A stretch of DNA of 63,827 bases from Eubacteriales bacterium (GTDB lineage Bacteria > Bacillota > Clostridia > Oscillospirales > CAG-272), in contig JAZRIJ010000029.1 of assembly GCA_045645205.1 (NCBI GenBank), forward strand, positions 1-63,827. Reading direction: 5' to 3'. Shown in pieces: positions 21,209 to 31,842 of this stretch. The position numbers and the translations under genes were made by a program. The stretch's first letter is position 1, and the number at the start of each line of letters is the position of its first letter. The notes under the pieces are model-generated. The model worked only from the letters and a program-made list of their open reading frames with translations, was not told the DNA's origin and searched no databases.

Positions 21209-21405
21209 TCAAATTACCTCTTCCATGAGTAGTGTAGTATATTTTTCAAAGTTTGTAAATTCTTTTTTTAGCATTTTTATAACATAAATATTTTTTACAG
21301 AGTGTACGGAGTTGCTCTTTCTAACCCACTCTGGTTTTCCTAATAATGCTTTTTCTGGCAATGTGTTTACAAAATGTAAATCCCGCTTTATACTAGTACT
21401 TATTT

Positions 21406-21561
21406 TTAATTTTCTTGTGAGTGTGTTTCTGTTACAGAAGCTTGCTCGTCTATTTCTAACTCATCAAAAGACTGGTCCGGACGCAAGCCACAAAACTCTT
21501 TAATTTCAGCAATATTTTCTTCTAAAGTACCACCGTCAAGCTGAGTCTTTATTTTATCCAT
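21406..21561 (-). CDS. 51-aa acidic ORF (MDKIKTQLDGG...), candidate immunity protein; not in the ORF track
   Basis: Hand-translated; AAAGGAG RBS; start overlaps the stop of the upstream HEYGH ORF. Confidence 0.5.
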   Translation of the reverse strand: MDKIKTQLDGGTLEENIAEIKEFCGLRPDQSFDELEIDEQASVTETHSQEN

Positions 21562-22490
21562 TCAATCATCTCCTTTGAGCTAATCAAAAATTTCTTCAAT
21601 ACCTCCGATATCATATCTGTAATATATTTAGGTAATGCATCGCCCATTTCTCGCATAGCAAAAACTTTCGAGAAAAACTCTTTTTCGTTTGTTTCTGCAT
21701 GTTTGGAAATGTTGAAAATATCACCGTTTTGTATAGCTCTATTGTATGTGGCTTTTACTTTATCGCGTAGTCTGCTGTAAACCGCGTCTTTGTTCTTATC
21801 ATACGACGGTATAACTCTATTACCATTACCTAAACCTATACACTGGTCGCTTAATATATGCCCGTATTCGTGTGTAATAGTACCGCGTACACCGTAGCCG
21901 TCGCCCGAAACACTACGCCGTTTGAATTTGTTATACCTTTCCAACTCGGCTATCTTAGTTCTAAGTTCTGCCCGTTTTTGTGGCGTTTCTCTTAACCATT
22001 GTTTTTCTAACTCAGCTATCTTCTTTTGATTACGTTTTACTTGTCCCGCCCAGTCGTAGCGTTCCGCTTTTGAATTGATAAACTCTCTGTCTATCCTCAT
22101 TCTCTTAGCGTTTGCGCTTGCTTTTCCTCTCGGATTAACTATATCGTCTATAAATATACGGTCTAATTTCTCCGTCGGGTATCGCGCTGTTAGATAGTCT
22201 AACGTATCATTAACAGTCTTTATATTGTCGGGATTAGTAGCACCTTTAAAAGAAACGTGGTTAGCGTATTTTTTGCTCGTGTCTCTTCCTTTTGAATATC
22301 GAGAGCTTGTTTAAGTGTGGGCTTTTCTGTTATTCTATCAGATTTTACATTTTTTGTCAATCTTGCAACCTCGTTTTCTTCGGATAGTACGTCAATACTA
22401 TTCTGTTTCGCCCATTCTTTATACGAGATATTATCTATAATCTCGGTTTTGCCCGTTATAGTGTTTCTTACACGCTGAGGCTGGTATTTG
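21549..22490 (-). pseudogene. Truncated, frameshifted phage minor head (MuF/SPP1 gp7-like) protein with a C-terminal HExxH metallopeptidase-like domain
   Basis: Upstream frame reads RNTITGKTEIIDNISYKEWAK; frameshift near the T-run at about 22270; downstream frame contains THEYGH; no start codon. Confidence 0.6.
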
Positions 22491-22600
22491 AGCCGTTGTC
22501 CTTTACATAATGCTCCTATAGCAGAAAATGCAAGTCCTTGTTGCAGAAACTAATAAAATATGATACAATAAAATTACAATAGTAGTAAGGGGTGTTTATT

Positions 22601-23164
22601 ATGAGCAAAGATATGAAAGATATGCTTTTTGAAAAAAGAATAGACGGGGAAGTTAAGTTTTCCGGTAGGATAATCAGAATAGAGACCGACACGGTCGAGC
22701 TGCCTAACGGTCATGCATCATACCGTGAGGTTGTCAGAAAAAACGGCGGAGTGTGCATTGTTCCGTTGACGGATAACGGAGAGGTTATTTTTGTTAATCA
22801 GTATAGATACCCTTACGGCGAGGTGGTAAAGGAAGTGCCTGCAGGAAAGATGGAGGCTGACGAAGATCCGCTGGTATGCGGTATCCGAGAACTGTCTGAG
22901 GAAACAGGCTGTGCGGCGGGGAAAATAATCCCACTCGGCGTATTCTATCCGTCGCCCGGAATTATGGACGAGGTTTTGTATATGTATCTTGCAACGGACT
23001 TAAAAAAAGGCGATGTTCATCTTGATGAGGACGAATTTTTAACAAGCGAAAAAATACCTCTTGAAGATGCTGTGCAAATGATTCTTGACGGAAAGCTTCC
23101 CGACGGCAAAACACAGGCTGCTGTTTTGAAAACGTGGGCGTTAAAGCAAAAGGGTGAAATATAA
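22601..23164 (+). CDS. nudF: ADP-ribose pyrophosphatase (Nudix)
   Basis: PAGKME...RELSEETG Nudix box, QYRYP. Confidence 0.85.
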   Translation: MSKDMKDMLFEKRIDGEVKFSGRIIRIETDTVELPNGHASYREVVRKNGGVCIVPLTDNGEVIFVNQYRYPYGEVVKEVPAGKMEADEDPLVCGIRELSEETGCAAGKIIPLGVFYPSPGIMDEVLYMYLATDLKKGDVHLDEDEFLTSEKIPLEDAVQMILDGKLPDGKTQAAVLKTWALKQKGEI

Positions 23165-23165
23165 T

Positions 23166-24038
23166 ATGTGGAGTATAACCAAATTATCCGATGCGCTTTC
23201 TCTTATTCCCGAAAGAAAAAAAGAAAGCTCAAAGCATGATTACGGCAAGCTTCTTGCAGTTTGCGGAAGCGCATATTACAGAGGCGCGGCATATTTAAGC
23301 TGTGTGGCGGCACTGCGTTGCGGTGTGGGTATTGCAACATTGTGTTCGATCGAAAAAGTTGTTTCAGCCGTTGCGGTCTCTTTACCCGAATGTACGTTTT
23401 TGCCCCTTAGTGAGAGCGCAAACGGTACAATATCGGCAAATAATTGTGATTTTATTATACAAAATGCAAAAAGGTGTACAACGCTTCTTATAGGTTGCGG
23501 TCTTGCTCTTGACAGTGATACAAGACAGCTTGTAAAAAGAATAGTAACCGAGTCAGAGTGTCAGCTTGTTCTTGATGCAGACGCGCTGAATGTGCTGTCG
23601 GAATGTCCCGGCTTGATAAGACAGGCGAAAATGCCGCCCGTTATAACTCCCCATTTCGGCGAAATGTCGAGGTTGAGCGGAAAAACACGGGAGGAGATTG
23701 CAAAAACTCCCGAAGAAACAGCTCTAAAATTCGCGGCTGAATATAACTGTATTGTTGTGCTGAAATCACATATAACATATATTTCAACCCCGGACGGAAA
23801 AATAGCTGTAAACAGCAAGACGGGCAATCCCGGACTGGCAAGAGGGGGGAGCGGAGATGTGCTTGCAGGTATGATAAGCTCATTCTGCGCACAAAAAATT
23901 CCGCCATTTAATGCGGCAAAATGCGGAGTATATCTCCATGGGGAGGCGGCAGACCGTTGCGCCGACCGTCTGTCAGAACATGCAATGCTCCCAAGCGATA
24001 TTCTGACAGACCTGTGCGAAATTTTCTTGGAGAAATAA
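23166..24038 (+). CDS. nnrD: ADP-dependent NAD(P)H-hydrate dehydratase
   Basis: SKHDYG, LDADAL, TPHFGEM, GGSGDVLAG. Confidence 0.9.
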   Translation: MWSITKLSDALSLIPERKKESSKHDYGKLLAVCGSAYYRGAAYLSCVAALRCGVGIATLCSIEKVVSAVAVSLPECTFLPLSESANGTISANNCDFIIQNAKRCTTLLIGCGLALDSDTRQLVKRIVTESECQLVLDADALNVLSECPGLIRQAKMPPVITPHFGEMSRLSGKTREEIAKTPEETALKFAAEYNCIVVLKSHITYISTPDGKIAVNSKTGNPGLARGGSGDVLAGMISSFCAQKIPPFNAAKCGVYLHGEAADRCADRLSEHAMLPSDILTDLCEIFLEK

Positions 24039-24119
24039 TAAAAAATAAGAAATGGATTTTTTGAAACAGACCATTTCTTATTTTTTATTATATGTGTATT
24101 AATTGAAGTATTTATGCCT

Positions 24120-26330
24120 TTATTCTTTTGCAATTTCATCAAGGCGTTTACATACCTCGTCGGCGCGTAAGCGGTCTTCAGCGTAGGCGCGTCGTAAAAG
24201 CTCACCGGGAATGAAGGAATCGTATTTTTCAAATACGGGCATTTCTGCTGTTCCGACCAGAGAATATGTGTCGATACCGTACATTTTTGCCCTTTCGTCT
24301 AAGATTTTTATAAAGCCTTTTGGGTTGTTTTGTTCCATTTTGAACATTATATAATAACCCTCGGATTCAATGTTGCTTATCTTGAAATTGTCTCTGTTTT
24401 GAGCAATATATTTACGCAGGGTACGTATTGAGCGTGTGCCGAGCCAAGGGAACAGGCACCAAGTATAACCTCCGAGGTGTACAAGGGAGTTTTTCAACAT
24501 ACCCGTATTCCTTGCAACTGTTCGCGCCGATTGCAGACGGGCGGCGGCATTTGGTTTAAGATAGGGGTAGATTGTATCTTCTGCCAAAACCTGCTTCATA
24601 CGTTGTAAAATTCTTGTATGAACCTCGCCGTAGTCGCCGGGCCATGCGATCTCCATTTTGCCCTTAACATATTTAACATACACAAGACGCCGAGGAATGT
24701 CCAGTTCTTCAACCTCCCAGACCTTGCCTGCAAGGGCAAAGCGGTCGCCGACGGGGGGCGGGGATGTTATCGTGCCTATCTCGTCAGACTCGCATCTTAC
24801 GGTGAAATCCTCGCTGTCCTTGAAAACGGCGTAAAATTTAAAGCTGTTTGTTATTTTTTCTCCTTCAAGACCGACAATAAGCCCCTTTTCCTCGGTCTGT
24901 TGTATATAACCGTTTTGGAGCATAGAAATGAGAAGAGTCTTGTAATCCTCTTTTGAAACATTTTGGAATGGCGGCAGTTCAAGCACTTTTTCGGCAAGGG
25001 CTTTTGGTGTCAGCTCGCCTGATGCGTTGAGTATGGACAATGTCTGCTGAAACAGCAGGCTGAATGGCATTTTCTTGACCCTCGGCGGCTCGATAAACCT
25101 TTCCTCGATATAAAGCTGAACAATGGCTATAGCTTTGATAAGCTCCCAGGGTATAAGCTGGGGGAGAGGAGCGTTTGGCAACGGGTTTTCCTCGCGGAAG
25201 ACCATCATCATTTCGGGGGGCGCATCACGTCTGCCTGACCGTCCGAGTCTCTGCAAAAAGCTTGAAACGGAGTTTGGCGAATTATTTTGCACTATTCTTT
25301 CAAGTTTGCCTATATCAATCCCAAGCTCAAGTGTAACGGTGGCGCAGGTAACGGTATGGCAGTCATCGTCTTTAAGCTTCATTTCTGCTTCTTCGCGCAA
25401 TGATGCCGACAGGTTTCCGTGGTGTATAGTAAAAATATCCTCCTCTTTTTTTGCGTCGGCAATTTGACGTAAGGTTGCCGTAACATATTCGGTCTCCTCG
25501 CGGGAATTGGAGAAAACAAGGCACTTTTTGTTTTTTACGCAGTTGTATATATATTCATACCCGGGATCAAACAACGCCTTTCCGTCGTTATTTTCCGTAG
25601 AGGGAACAGCTTGGTTTTCGTTTTGATTTTGAATATAAAAATGCTCCATACCGAGCCGCCATTTCAGCTTTTCGGCAGGAATATCGGGCATTTCGGTGTC
25701 CCGTCCGCTGCCCGTTCCAAGCCAGTCGGCGGCGATCTTTGCATCGCCTACAGTTGCCGAAAGACCTATTCTGCGCGGGCTGTTGCAAATAAGCCGTTGC
25801 AGTCTTGAAAGCTGGCAGATGATCTGGTTGCCTCTATCTGTACCCGTCAATGTGTGTATCTCGTCAATAACGATGTATCTTAAATCGTGAAACAGCCTTA
25901 CTATATCGTTTGAGCGGTTCATCAACATACTTTCGAGTGATTCGGGAGTTATCTGCAAAATACCGCTCGGATTTTTCAGCGCTTTCGTTTTGTGGGAGGC
26001 TGAAACATCTCCGTGCCAGTGAAATACGGGTATTCCCGATAGGTCGAGAAGCTCATCCATACGGTTGAATTGGTCATTTATAAGGCTTTTCAGCGGTGAA
26101 ATATAAAGCACGCCGAAGGAGGTCGACGGGGCTTCCGACAGCTCGGTCAATATTGGAAAAAACACAGCCTCGGTCTTACCCGATGCAGTGGATGACGTAA
26201 GCAAAAGGTTATTGTCGGTGTCAAAAATGACTCTTGCCGCCTCGATCTGAACGGGACGCAGCTCTTTCCAGTTATTCTTGTATATAAAATCCTGTATAAA
26301 CGGCGCGTATCTTTCAAAAATATCGCTCAT
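24120..26330 (-). CDS. Lhr-like DEAD/DEAH-box helicase
   Basis: TASGKTEA, TPESLE, DEIH, SAT, HHG, LELGID, QRLGRSGR. Confidence 0.88.
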   Translation of the reverse strand: MSDIFERYAPFIQDFIYKNNWKELRPVQIEAARVIFDTDNNLLLTSSTASGKTEAVFFPILTELSEAPSTSFGVLYISPLKSLINDQFNRMDELLDLSGIPVFHWHGDVSASHKTKALKNPSGILQITPESLESMLMNRSNDIVRLFHDLRYIVIDEIHTLTGTDRGNQIICQLSRLQRLICNSPRRIGLSATVGDAKIAADWLGTGSGRDTEMPDIPAEKLKWRLGMEHFYIQNQNENQAVPSTENNDGKALFDPGYEYIYNCVKNKKCLVFSNSREETEYVTATLRQIADAKKEEDIFTIHHGNLSASLREEAEMKLKDDDCHTVTCATVTLELGIDIGKLERIVQNNSPNSVSSFLQRLGRSGRRDAPPEMMMVFREENPLPNAPLPQLIPWELIKAIAIVQLYIEERFIEPPRVKKMPFSLLFQQTLSILNASGELTPKALAEKVLELPPFQNVSKEDYKTLLISMLQNGYIQQTEEKGLIVGLEGEKITNSFKFYAVFKDSEDFTVRCESDEIGTITSPPPVGDRFALAGKVWEVEELDIPRRLVYVKYVKGKMEIAWPGDYGEVHTRILQRMKQVLAEDTIYPYLKPNAAARLQSARTVARNTGMLKNSLVHLGGYTWCLFPWLGTRSIRTLRKYIAQNRDNFKISNIESEGYYIMFKMEQNNPKGFIKILDERAKMYGIDTYSLVGTAEMPVFEKYDSFIPGELLRRAYAEDRLRADEVCKRLDEIAKE

Positions 26331-26576
26331 AATATTTCTCCTCGCAATTGTTTTAATTAATGCCTTAAAAAGATTATATCACATAATACGGTGTTTGTAA
26401 ATTTTTTTATAAACTTTGGTTTTGCTTGTGTTTCTATAATAATCTTATTTGATAAAAACATATTTTTAGACTTACAAAACTTTACCAAACTTATTGAAAA
26501 ATATTATATTATATTGTATAATAAGGGGTACGAATATAAAATGTTGAAAAAACAATATGCAAAAGAGGTCGAAGTA

Positions 26577-27686
26577 ATGAGAAAATATATTGATTGGGAG
26601 AAGTCAACGCATTTTGTATATCCTATTGACGGCGATGTTTTGAACGAATATGACGGCGAGGTGCGGGGCGGAAAGCTTTACATCAAAGCAAAAGTCGAGT
26701 CTGACTCTCCGGTTAAGATAAACGGTGTCGATGCAGAAAAGTGCGGCGATTTTTATACAGCAGAGGTTTGTATTAATGACGGTAAAACATTGCTTGTTGC
26801 AGAGGGCAATAATGTAACAGATGAAATATCCGTTTTTACTTTGAAAAAGCATATCGGTTACTACAGACTTTCCAGCGATGACAATATAATTTTTCTTTAT
26901 GATATAAACAAAAATAAAGATAAATACAATTCTATTTTTGATAATCCGTATCTTGCGGTCTACAAAAAGGCACATGACCTTTACGGCGCTTGCGTTCATA
27001 TAAACATATACTATGAGATGACTGCAGAACACAAATATTTTTCCGAAAAGAGAGAATATTTTAACCTGTCCATGATGACTGATAAGTTTAAATCCGAATG
27101 GCAGGCAAACTCTGATTGGTTGAAGCTTAACTTTCACGCAAAGGCGGATCAGCCCGATAAGCCTTATATAGACACAGACTATGACAGAATCTACGGAGAC
27201 TGTAAAAAAGTGCAGGACGAAATAATTCGTTTTGCGGGTAAGGAAGCTCTTTCCAATGAAACAACTGTACATTGGGGTGAGTGCACATACAAGGGGACAA
27301 AGGCTGTTCGTGATCTCGGCATTAAAAACCTTGCAGGTTATTTTGTGCTTGAGGGCGGTTGTCCGATAGTTTCCTACTTCTATCCTAAGTATTTGACAGA
27401 TTATCTCTCACAGAGAGACTTTTGGTATGATACGGAGCTTGATATACTTTACTGCAAGATAGACAGAGTTTTGAATCTGCATACGGCTGACGAGTGCATT
27501 GAACTGCTCAATTACATGAATACACAAAAAACACGTTCAGGATTTATTGAGCTTATGATGCACGAAGAATACTTCTATGAGGACTTTACATTTTATGAGT
27601 CTGATTTTGAAGAAAGAGTTCTTGAGCCTTGCCGCTGGGTATACGAACACGGCTATAAGGGAATTTTCCTCGATGAAGTAAGATAA
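26577..27686 (+). CDS. Hypothetical protein: N-terminal beta-rich domain plus a possible deacetylase/glycoside-hydrolase barrel
   Basis: GAGGT RBS before the ATG at 26577; SSDD, FH, HWG and MHEEY motifs resemble NodB-like metal sites (inference). Confidence 0.6.
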   Translation: MRKYIDWEKSTHFVYPIDGDVLNEYDGEVRGGKLYIKAKVESDSPVKINGVDAEKCGDFYTAEVCINDGKTLLVAEGNNVTDEISVFTLKKHIGYYRLSSDDNIIFLYDINKNKDKYNSIFDNPYLAVYKKAHDLYGACVHINIYYEMTAEHKYFSEKREYFNLSMMTDKFKSEWQANSDWLKLNFHAKADQPDKPYIDTDYDRIYGDCKKVQDEIIRFAGKEALSNETTVHWGECTYKGTKAVRDLGIKNLAGYFVLEGGCPIVSYFYPKYLTDYLSQRDFWYDTELDILYCKIDRVLNLHTADECIELLNYMNTQKTRSGFIELMMHEEYFYEDFTFYESDFEERVLEPCRWVYEHGYKGIFLDEVR

Positions 27687-27713
27687 AATCAAAGAATACG
27701 GAGATACAGAAAT

Positions 27714-28976
27714 ATGATACAGAAACCGAGAGGCACAATGGATATATTGCCGAAGGATGTTGCTATATGGCAGTTTATTGAAGCAAAGGCAAGAGAGGTT
27801 GCAGCAAAGTTTGGTTTTTCCGAGATACGTTTTCCTACATTTGAGTCAACAGAGCTGTTTCAAAGAGGTGTTGGAGATTCCACCGATGTTGTCCAAAAAG
27901 AAATGTATACATTTACCGACAGAGAGGGCAGAAGCTTAACACTACGCCCTGAGGGTACTGCATCTGTTGCAAGAACTCTTATCGAAAACGGTATGTGTTC
28001 CGATACAATGCCGCTGAAACTTTACTATCTCATAAACTGCTTCAGATATGAAAAACCGCAGGCGGGCAGAAGCCGCGAATTTTATCAGTTTGGCGTTGAA
28101 TTGTTTGGCGCGGCAGATGCTGCGGCAGACGCGGAAATAATTGCAGTAGCACATTCGCTCATAAAGGAGCTTGGTATAAAAAATACAAAACTACACATTA
28201 ACTCCATAGGCTGTCCCGAATGTCGTCCTGCATACAGACAGGCTTTGAAGGATTATTTTAAAGCAAATTCCGCTGAACTTTGCGATACCTGCAAGGGAAG
28301 ACTTGAGACAAACCCTTTGCGTATTCTTGACTGCAAGAGTCCTATATGCTCTGATATTGCAAAGAATGCCCCAAAGACTATAGATCACCTTTGTCCTGAC
28401 TGCAAACAGCATATGGATGAACTTGAATGTTATTTGCAGGAAGTGGGTATTGAATATGAGATTGATACACATATTGTAAGAGGTCTCGACTATTATACAA
28501 GAACGGTATATGAGTTTATTGCAACAGACATCGGCGCGCAGAGTACCATTCTCGGCGGCGGCAGATATGACGGACTTATAAAAGACCTTGGCGGTCCGGC
28601 ACTTTCGGGTATAGGCTTTGCTGCAGGAATAACAAGACTTATTCTTGCAATGGAAAAGTCGGGCATTAATATTGAGAACGAAAACCGTCCCTATCTCTAT
28701 ATTGCAAGTATGGGTAAAAATGCGGCTAAATACGCTATGGGTGTTGTTGCAAAGCTGCGTAATGAGGGACTTTACGCTGAAACAGACCTTGTTGGACGTT
28801 CACTTAAGGCGCAGATGAAATACGCGGATAAGAAAAATGCAAAATATACGTTGATAATCGGAGACTCCGAGCTTGAAGCGAACAAGGCGCAGCTTAAGAA
28901 TATGGATAACAGTCAACAGAGCGAGATTTTGCTTGATGATATAACGGCGCTTAAAGATATTCTTTCAGCCGAATAA
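27714..28976 (+). CDS. hisS: Histidine--tRNA ligase
   Basis: LRPEGTA, FRYEKPQAGR, VRGLDYY, GGRYD. Confidence 0.96.
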   Translation: MIQKPRGTMDILPKDVAIWQFIEAKAREVAAKFGFSEIRFPTFESTELFQRGVGDSTDVVQKEMYTFTDREGRSLTLRPEGTASVARTLIENGMCSDTMPLKLYYLINCFRYEKPQAGRSREFYQFGVELFGAADAAADAEIIAVAHSLIKELGIKNTKLHINSIGCPECRPAYRQALKDYFKANSAELCDTCKGRLETNPLRILDCKSPICSDIAKNAPKTIDHLCPDCKQHMDELECYLQEVGIEYEIDTHIVRGLDYYTRTVYEFIATDIGAQSTILGGGRYDGLIKDLGGPALSGIGFAAGITRLILAMEKSGINIENENRPYLYIASMGKNAAKYAMGVVAKLRNEGLYAETDLVGRSLKAQMKYADKKNAKYTLIIGDSELEANKAQLKNMDNSQQSEILLDDITALKDILSAE

Positions 28977-29006
28977 AGAGACAACAAGAAAGAGAGATGA
29001 AAATTT

Positions 29007-30797
29007 ATGGCAGAATTGCTTAGTAAAACAGATAAAAGAACGAAATACTGCGGTGAGTTTACAAAGGCAGATGTAGGACTTGACGTATGTGTTATGGGAT
29101 GGGTACAGCGCCAGAGAGACCTTGGTAAGCTGATATTTATTGATCTTCGCGACAGAACGGGTATTGTTCAGCTTGCTTTTGACAGTGAGACAAACAGAGA
29201 AGCTTTTGAAAAAGCGTTTACCGTGCGTTCAGAATATGTTCTATGTGCAAAGGGCGTTGTAAGAGCAAGAGAAGAGGGTGCAATTAATAAGGACAGAGCG
29301 ACCGGTGAGATCGAAATTTTCGTTAAGGAGCTGAAGATACTTTCCGTTTCGCAGACTCCTCCTTTTGAAATCGTAGAAAACAGCAACGTTAAGACAGAGC
29401 TTCGTTTGAAGCACCGTTATCTCGACCTTCGCCGTCCCGATATGATGAACAATATTTTGATGAGAAGTAAGATCGCAAAGATAGTACGCGACTACTATGC
29501 GGAAAACGGCTTTGTTGAGATCGAGACACCTAACCTTATCAAGCCTACTCCCGAGGGGGCAAGAGATTATCTTGTTCCCAGCCGTGTACATCCCGGAAAG
29601 TTCTATGCGCTCCCACAGTCTCCCCAGCTTTATAAGCAGATATTGATGCTGTCGGGCTTTGACAGATATATCCAGCTTGCGCGTTGCTACAGAGACGAGG
29701 ACCTGCGTGCGGACAGACAGCCGGAATTTACACAGATCGACCTTGAAATGTCTTTTGTAACAGAAGATGATGTTATGGCGATCAACGAAGGATTTCTCAA
29801 AAGAGTATTCAAGGAGTTTCTTGGCAAGGATATAGAGACACCCATTCAGAGAATGACTTATGCGGAAGCTATGGAACGCTTTGGCTCGGACAAACCTGAC
29901 CTTCGATTTGGCTTTGAGCTTAAGAACCTTTCCCATGTTGCAGAAAACTGTGAATTTAGAGTGTTTAAGGGCGCTATTGAAATGGGCGGCAGTGTCCGCG
30001 GTATTAATGTTAAGGGCGGAGCAAGCCGTTTCAGCCGTAAGGAAATTGATGCGCTGGGCGAGTTTGTAAAGACCTACCGCGCAAAGGGACTTGCTTGGTC
30101 AAAGAATGTTGACGGTGAAATTTCGTCTTCCTATGCAAAATTCCTTACAGAAGAAGAAAATAACGCCATTTATAACGCGCTCGGATTTGAAAAAGGCGAC
30201 CTTGTATTCATTGTTGCAGATAAGGATAATGTTGTATTTGATGCGCTCGGTGCACTCCGTTGCGAGGTTGCAAAGCGTATGGAACTCTGTGATCCTATGG
30301 ACTTCAAGCTTCTCTGGGTAACGGAATTCCCCTTGTTTGAATATGACGAGGAAGAGGGAAGATACTACGCAAAGCACCATCCCTTTACATCACCTATGGA
30401 TGAAGACCTTCCCCTTATGGACACCGATCCTTCAAAGGTAAGAGCGAAGGCCTACGATATGGTTATCAACGGTATGGAAGCGGGCGGCGGCTCTATCAGA
30501 ATCCATAACCCTGAAATACAGTGGAAGATGTTCGACGTTCTCGGACTTACAAAGGAAGAGGCAGAGGAAAAATTCGGATTCCTGCTTGAAGCGTTCAAGT
30601 ATGGAACACCTCCTCACGGCGGCTTGGCTTTCGGTTTCGACAGACTCTGCACACTCATGCTCGGTCTTGACGATATCAGGAATGTTATCGCTTTCCCGAA
30701 GGTACAAAATGCAACCGAACTTATGACCGAATGTCCCAATCTCCCCGAAGCAAAAGCTCTCGAAGAATTGAAAATAAAAGTAGATGTAGAAGAATAA
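29007..30797 (+). CDS. aspS: Aspartate--tRNA ligase
   Basis: FIDLRD, PEGARDY, PQSPQ, RDEDLRADRQPEFTQID, PPHGG. Confidence 0.96.
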   Translation: MAELLSKTDKRTKYCGEFTKADVGLDVCVMGWVQRQRDLGKLIFIDLRDRTGIVQLAFDSETNREAFEKAFTVRSEYVLCAKGVVRAREEGAINKDRATGEIEIFVKELKILSVSQTPPFEIVENSNVKTELRLKHRYLDLRRPDMMNNILMRSKIAKIVRDYYAENGFVEIETPNLIKPTPEGARDYLVPSRVHPGKFYALPQSPQLYKQILMLSGFDRYIQLARCYRDEDLRADRQPEFTQIDLEMSFVTEDDVMAINEGFLKRVFKEFLGKDIETPIQRMTYAEAMERFGSDKPDLRFGFELKNLSHVAENCEFRVFKGAIEMGGSVRGINVKGGASRFSRKEIDALGEFVKTYRAKGLAWSKNVDGEISSSYAKFLTEEENNAIYNALGFEKGDLVFIVADKDNVVFDALGALRCEVAKRMELCDPMDFKLLWVTEFPLFEYDEEEGRYYAKHHPFTSPMDEDLPLMDTDPSKVRAKAYDMVINGMEAGGGSIRIHNPEIQWKMFDVLGLTKEEAEEKFGFLLEAFKYGTPPHGGLAFGFDRLCTLMLGLDDIRNVIAFPKVQNATELMTECPNLPEAKALEELKIKVDVEE

Positions 30798-30801
30798 AGA
30801 C

Positions 30802-30832
30802 AAAGGACTGTCAGAGAAAGGCAGTCCTTTTT
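30802..30832 (+). terminator. Terminator after aspS
   Basis: AAAGGACTG/CAGTCCTTT stem plus a T-run. Confidence 0.7.
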
Positions 30833-30843
30833 AATGTGAAGAA

Positions 30844-30993
30844 TGTGGGAACTTTTTTTAAAAAAAGTTCCCACACCCTCAAAAAACTATAAATAACGAA
30901 CCGAATGTTGTTTATTTCAAAGTTTTGATGGAGTCAAGAGGGCACTTTTTCAAAAGTGCGTCTCTTGTCGGGTTTCAGGGCGGATAGCCCTGA
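30844..30993. repeat. Multi-palindrome intergenic element (REP- or MITE-like)
   Basis: Three inverted repeats at 30844-30875, 30935-30967 and 30975-30993. Confidence 0.55.
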
Positions 30994-31042
30994 CTGTTTG
31001 TCTGCTTCTAAAACTCGCGGAAGCGAGTTTTTTATTTAATAA

Positions 31043-31645
31043 TCAGCCTATAAACATTTGTGTCCAATAATGTCCGTTTGCAACATAGCCGACACCTATT
31101 TGGGTGTAGTTTGCATTCAAAATGTTAGCTCTGTGTCCTTCTGAGTTCATCCAGCCGTTTACAACTGCGGCAGGGGTTGAGTAACCCATAGCAATGTTTT
31201 CGCCTGCATATCTAAAATAAATATTGAAGGCGCGTATCATATCAAAGGGTGAGCCGTAGGTGGGGCTTGTGTGTGAAAAATATCTGTTATCCAGCATATC
31301 CTGAGACTTGTATCTTGCAACACGGGACAACTGCCAGTTTATGGTTAGCTCTCTCAGACCGTAATTTCTTCTGATTTCGTTAACAAGCCGCACGACCTCT
31401 TCTTCATAGCTTAAAACACCTGAGTCAATTGAAGGAACGGTTATAACATCCCCCGGATAGATAAGATCCGGATTTTTAATTTGCGGATTTGCGGATATTA
31501 TTTCGGAAAGACCTATTTCATATCTGACGGCAATTTTCCATAGACTGTCGCCCTTTACAACAGTGTACTGGGTTGCTGCTGCCGATGAAATACACAAGGA
31601 CATAAATATTAGTATTGTAATTAAAAAACATAATATTTTTTTCAT
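31043..31645 (-). CDS. SafA/YkwD-like LysM plus CAP (SCP) domain protein
   Basis: YTVVKGDSLWKIA LysM; FSHTSP, GENIA, WMNSEGHRANIL. Confidence 0.88.
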   Translation of the reverse strand: MKKILCFLITILIFMSLCISSAAATQYTVVKGDSLWKIAVRYEIGLSEIISANPQIKNPDLIYPGDVITVPSIDSGVLSYEEEVVRLVNEIRRNYGLRELTINWQLSRVARYKSQDMLDNRYFSHTSPTYGSPFDMIRAFNIYFRYAGENIAMGYSTPAAVVNGWMNSEGHRANILNANYTQIGVGYVANGHYWTQMFIG

Positions 31646-31842
31646 AGTTTTTTCTCCTTAAGTTATTTTATAGTTATAGTATTTGTAAATACAGTTAAAT
31701 ATAGTGATGTATTATTCTGGAAAAGTGTACAATAATAGAATAATATCGACAATTGTTTCTTTTTTGTCTTGATTTACTTTATAGTTTATGATATAATTTA
31801 TAATTGAGGAAATTATAGGGAAAGAAAGGTGATTAAATACGA

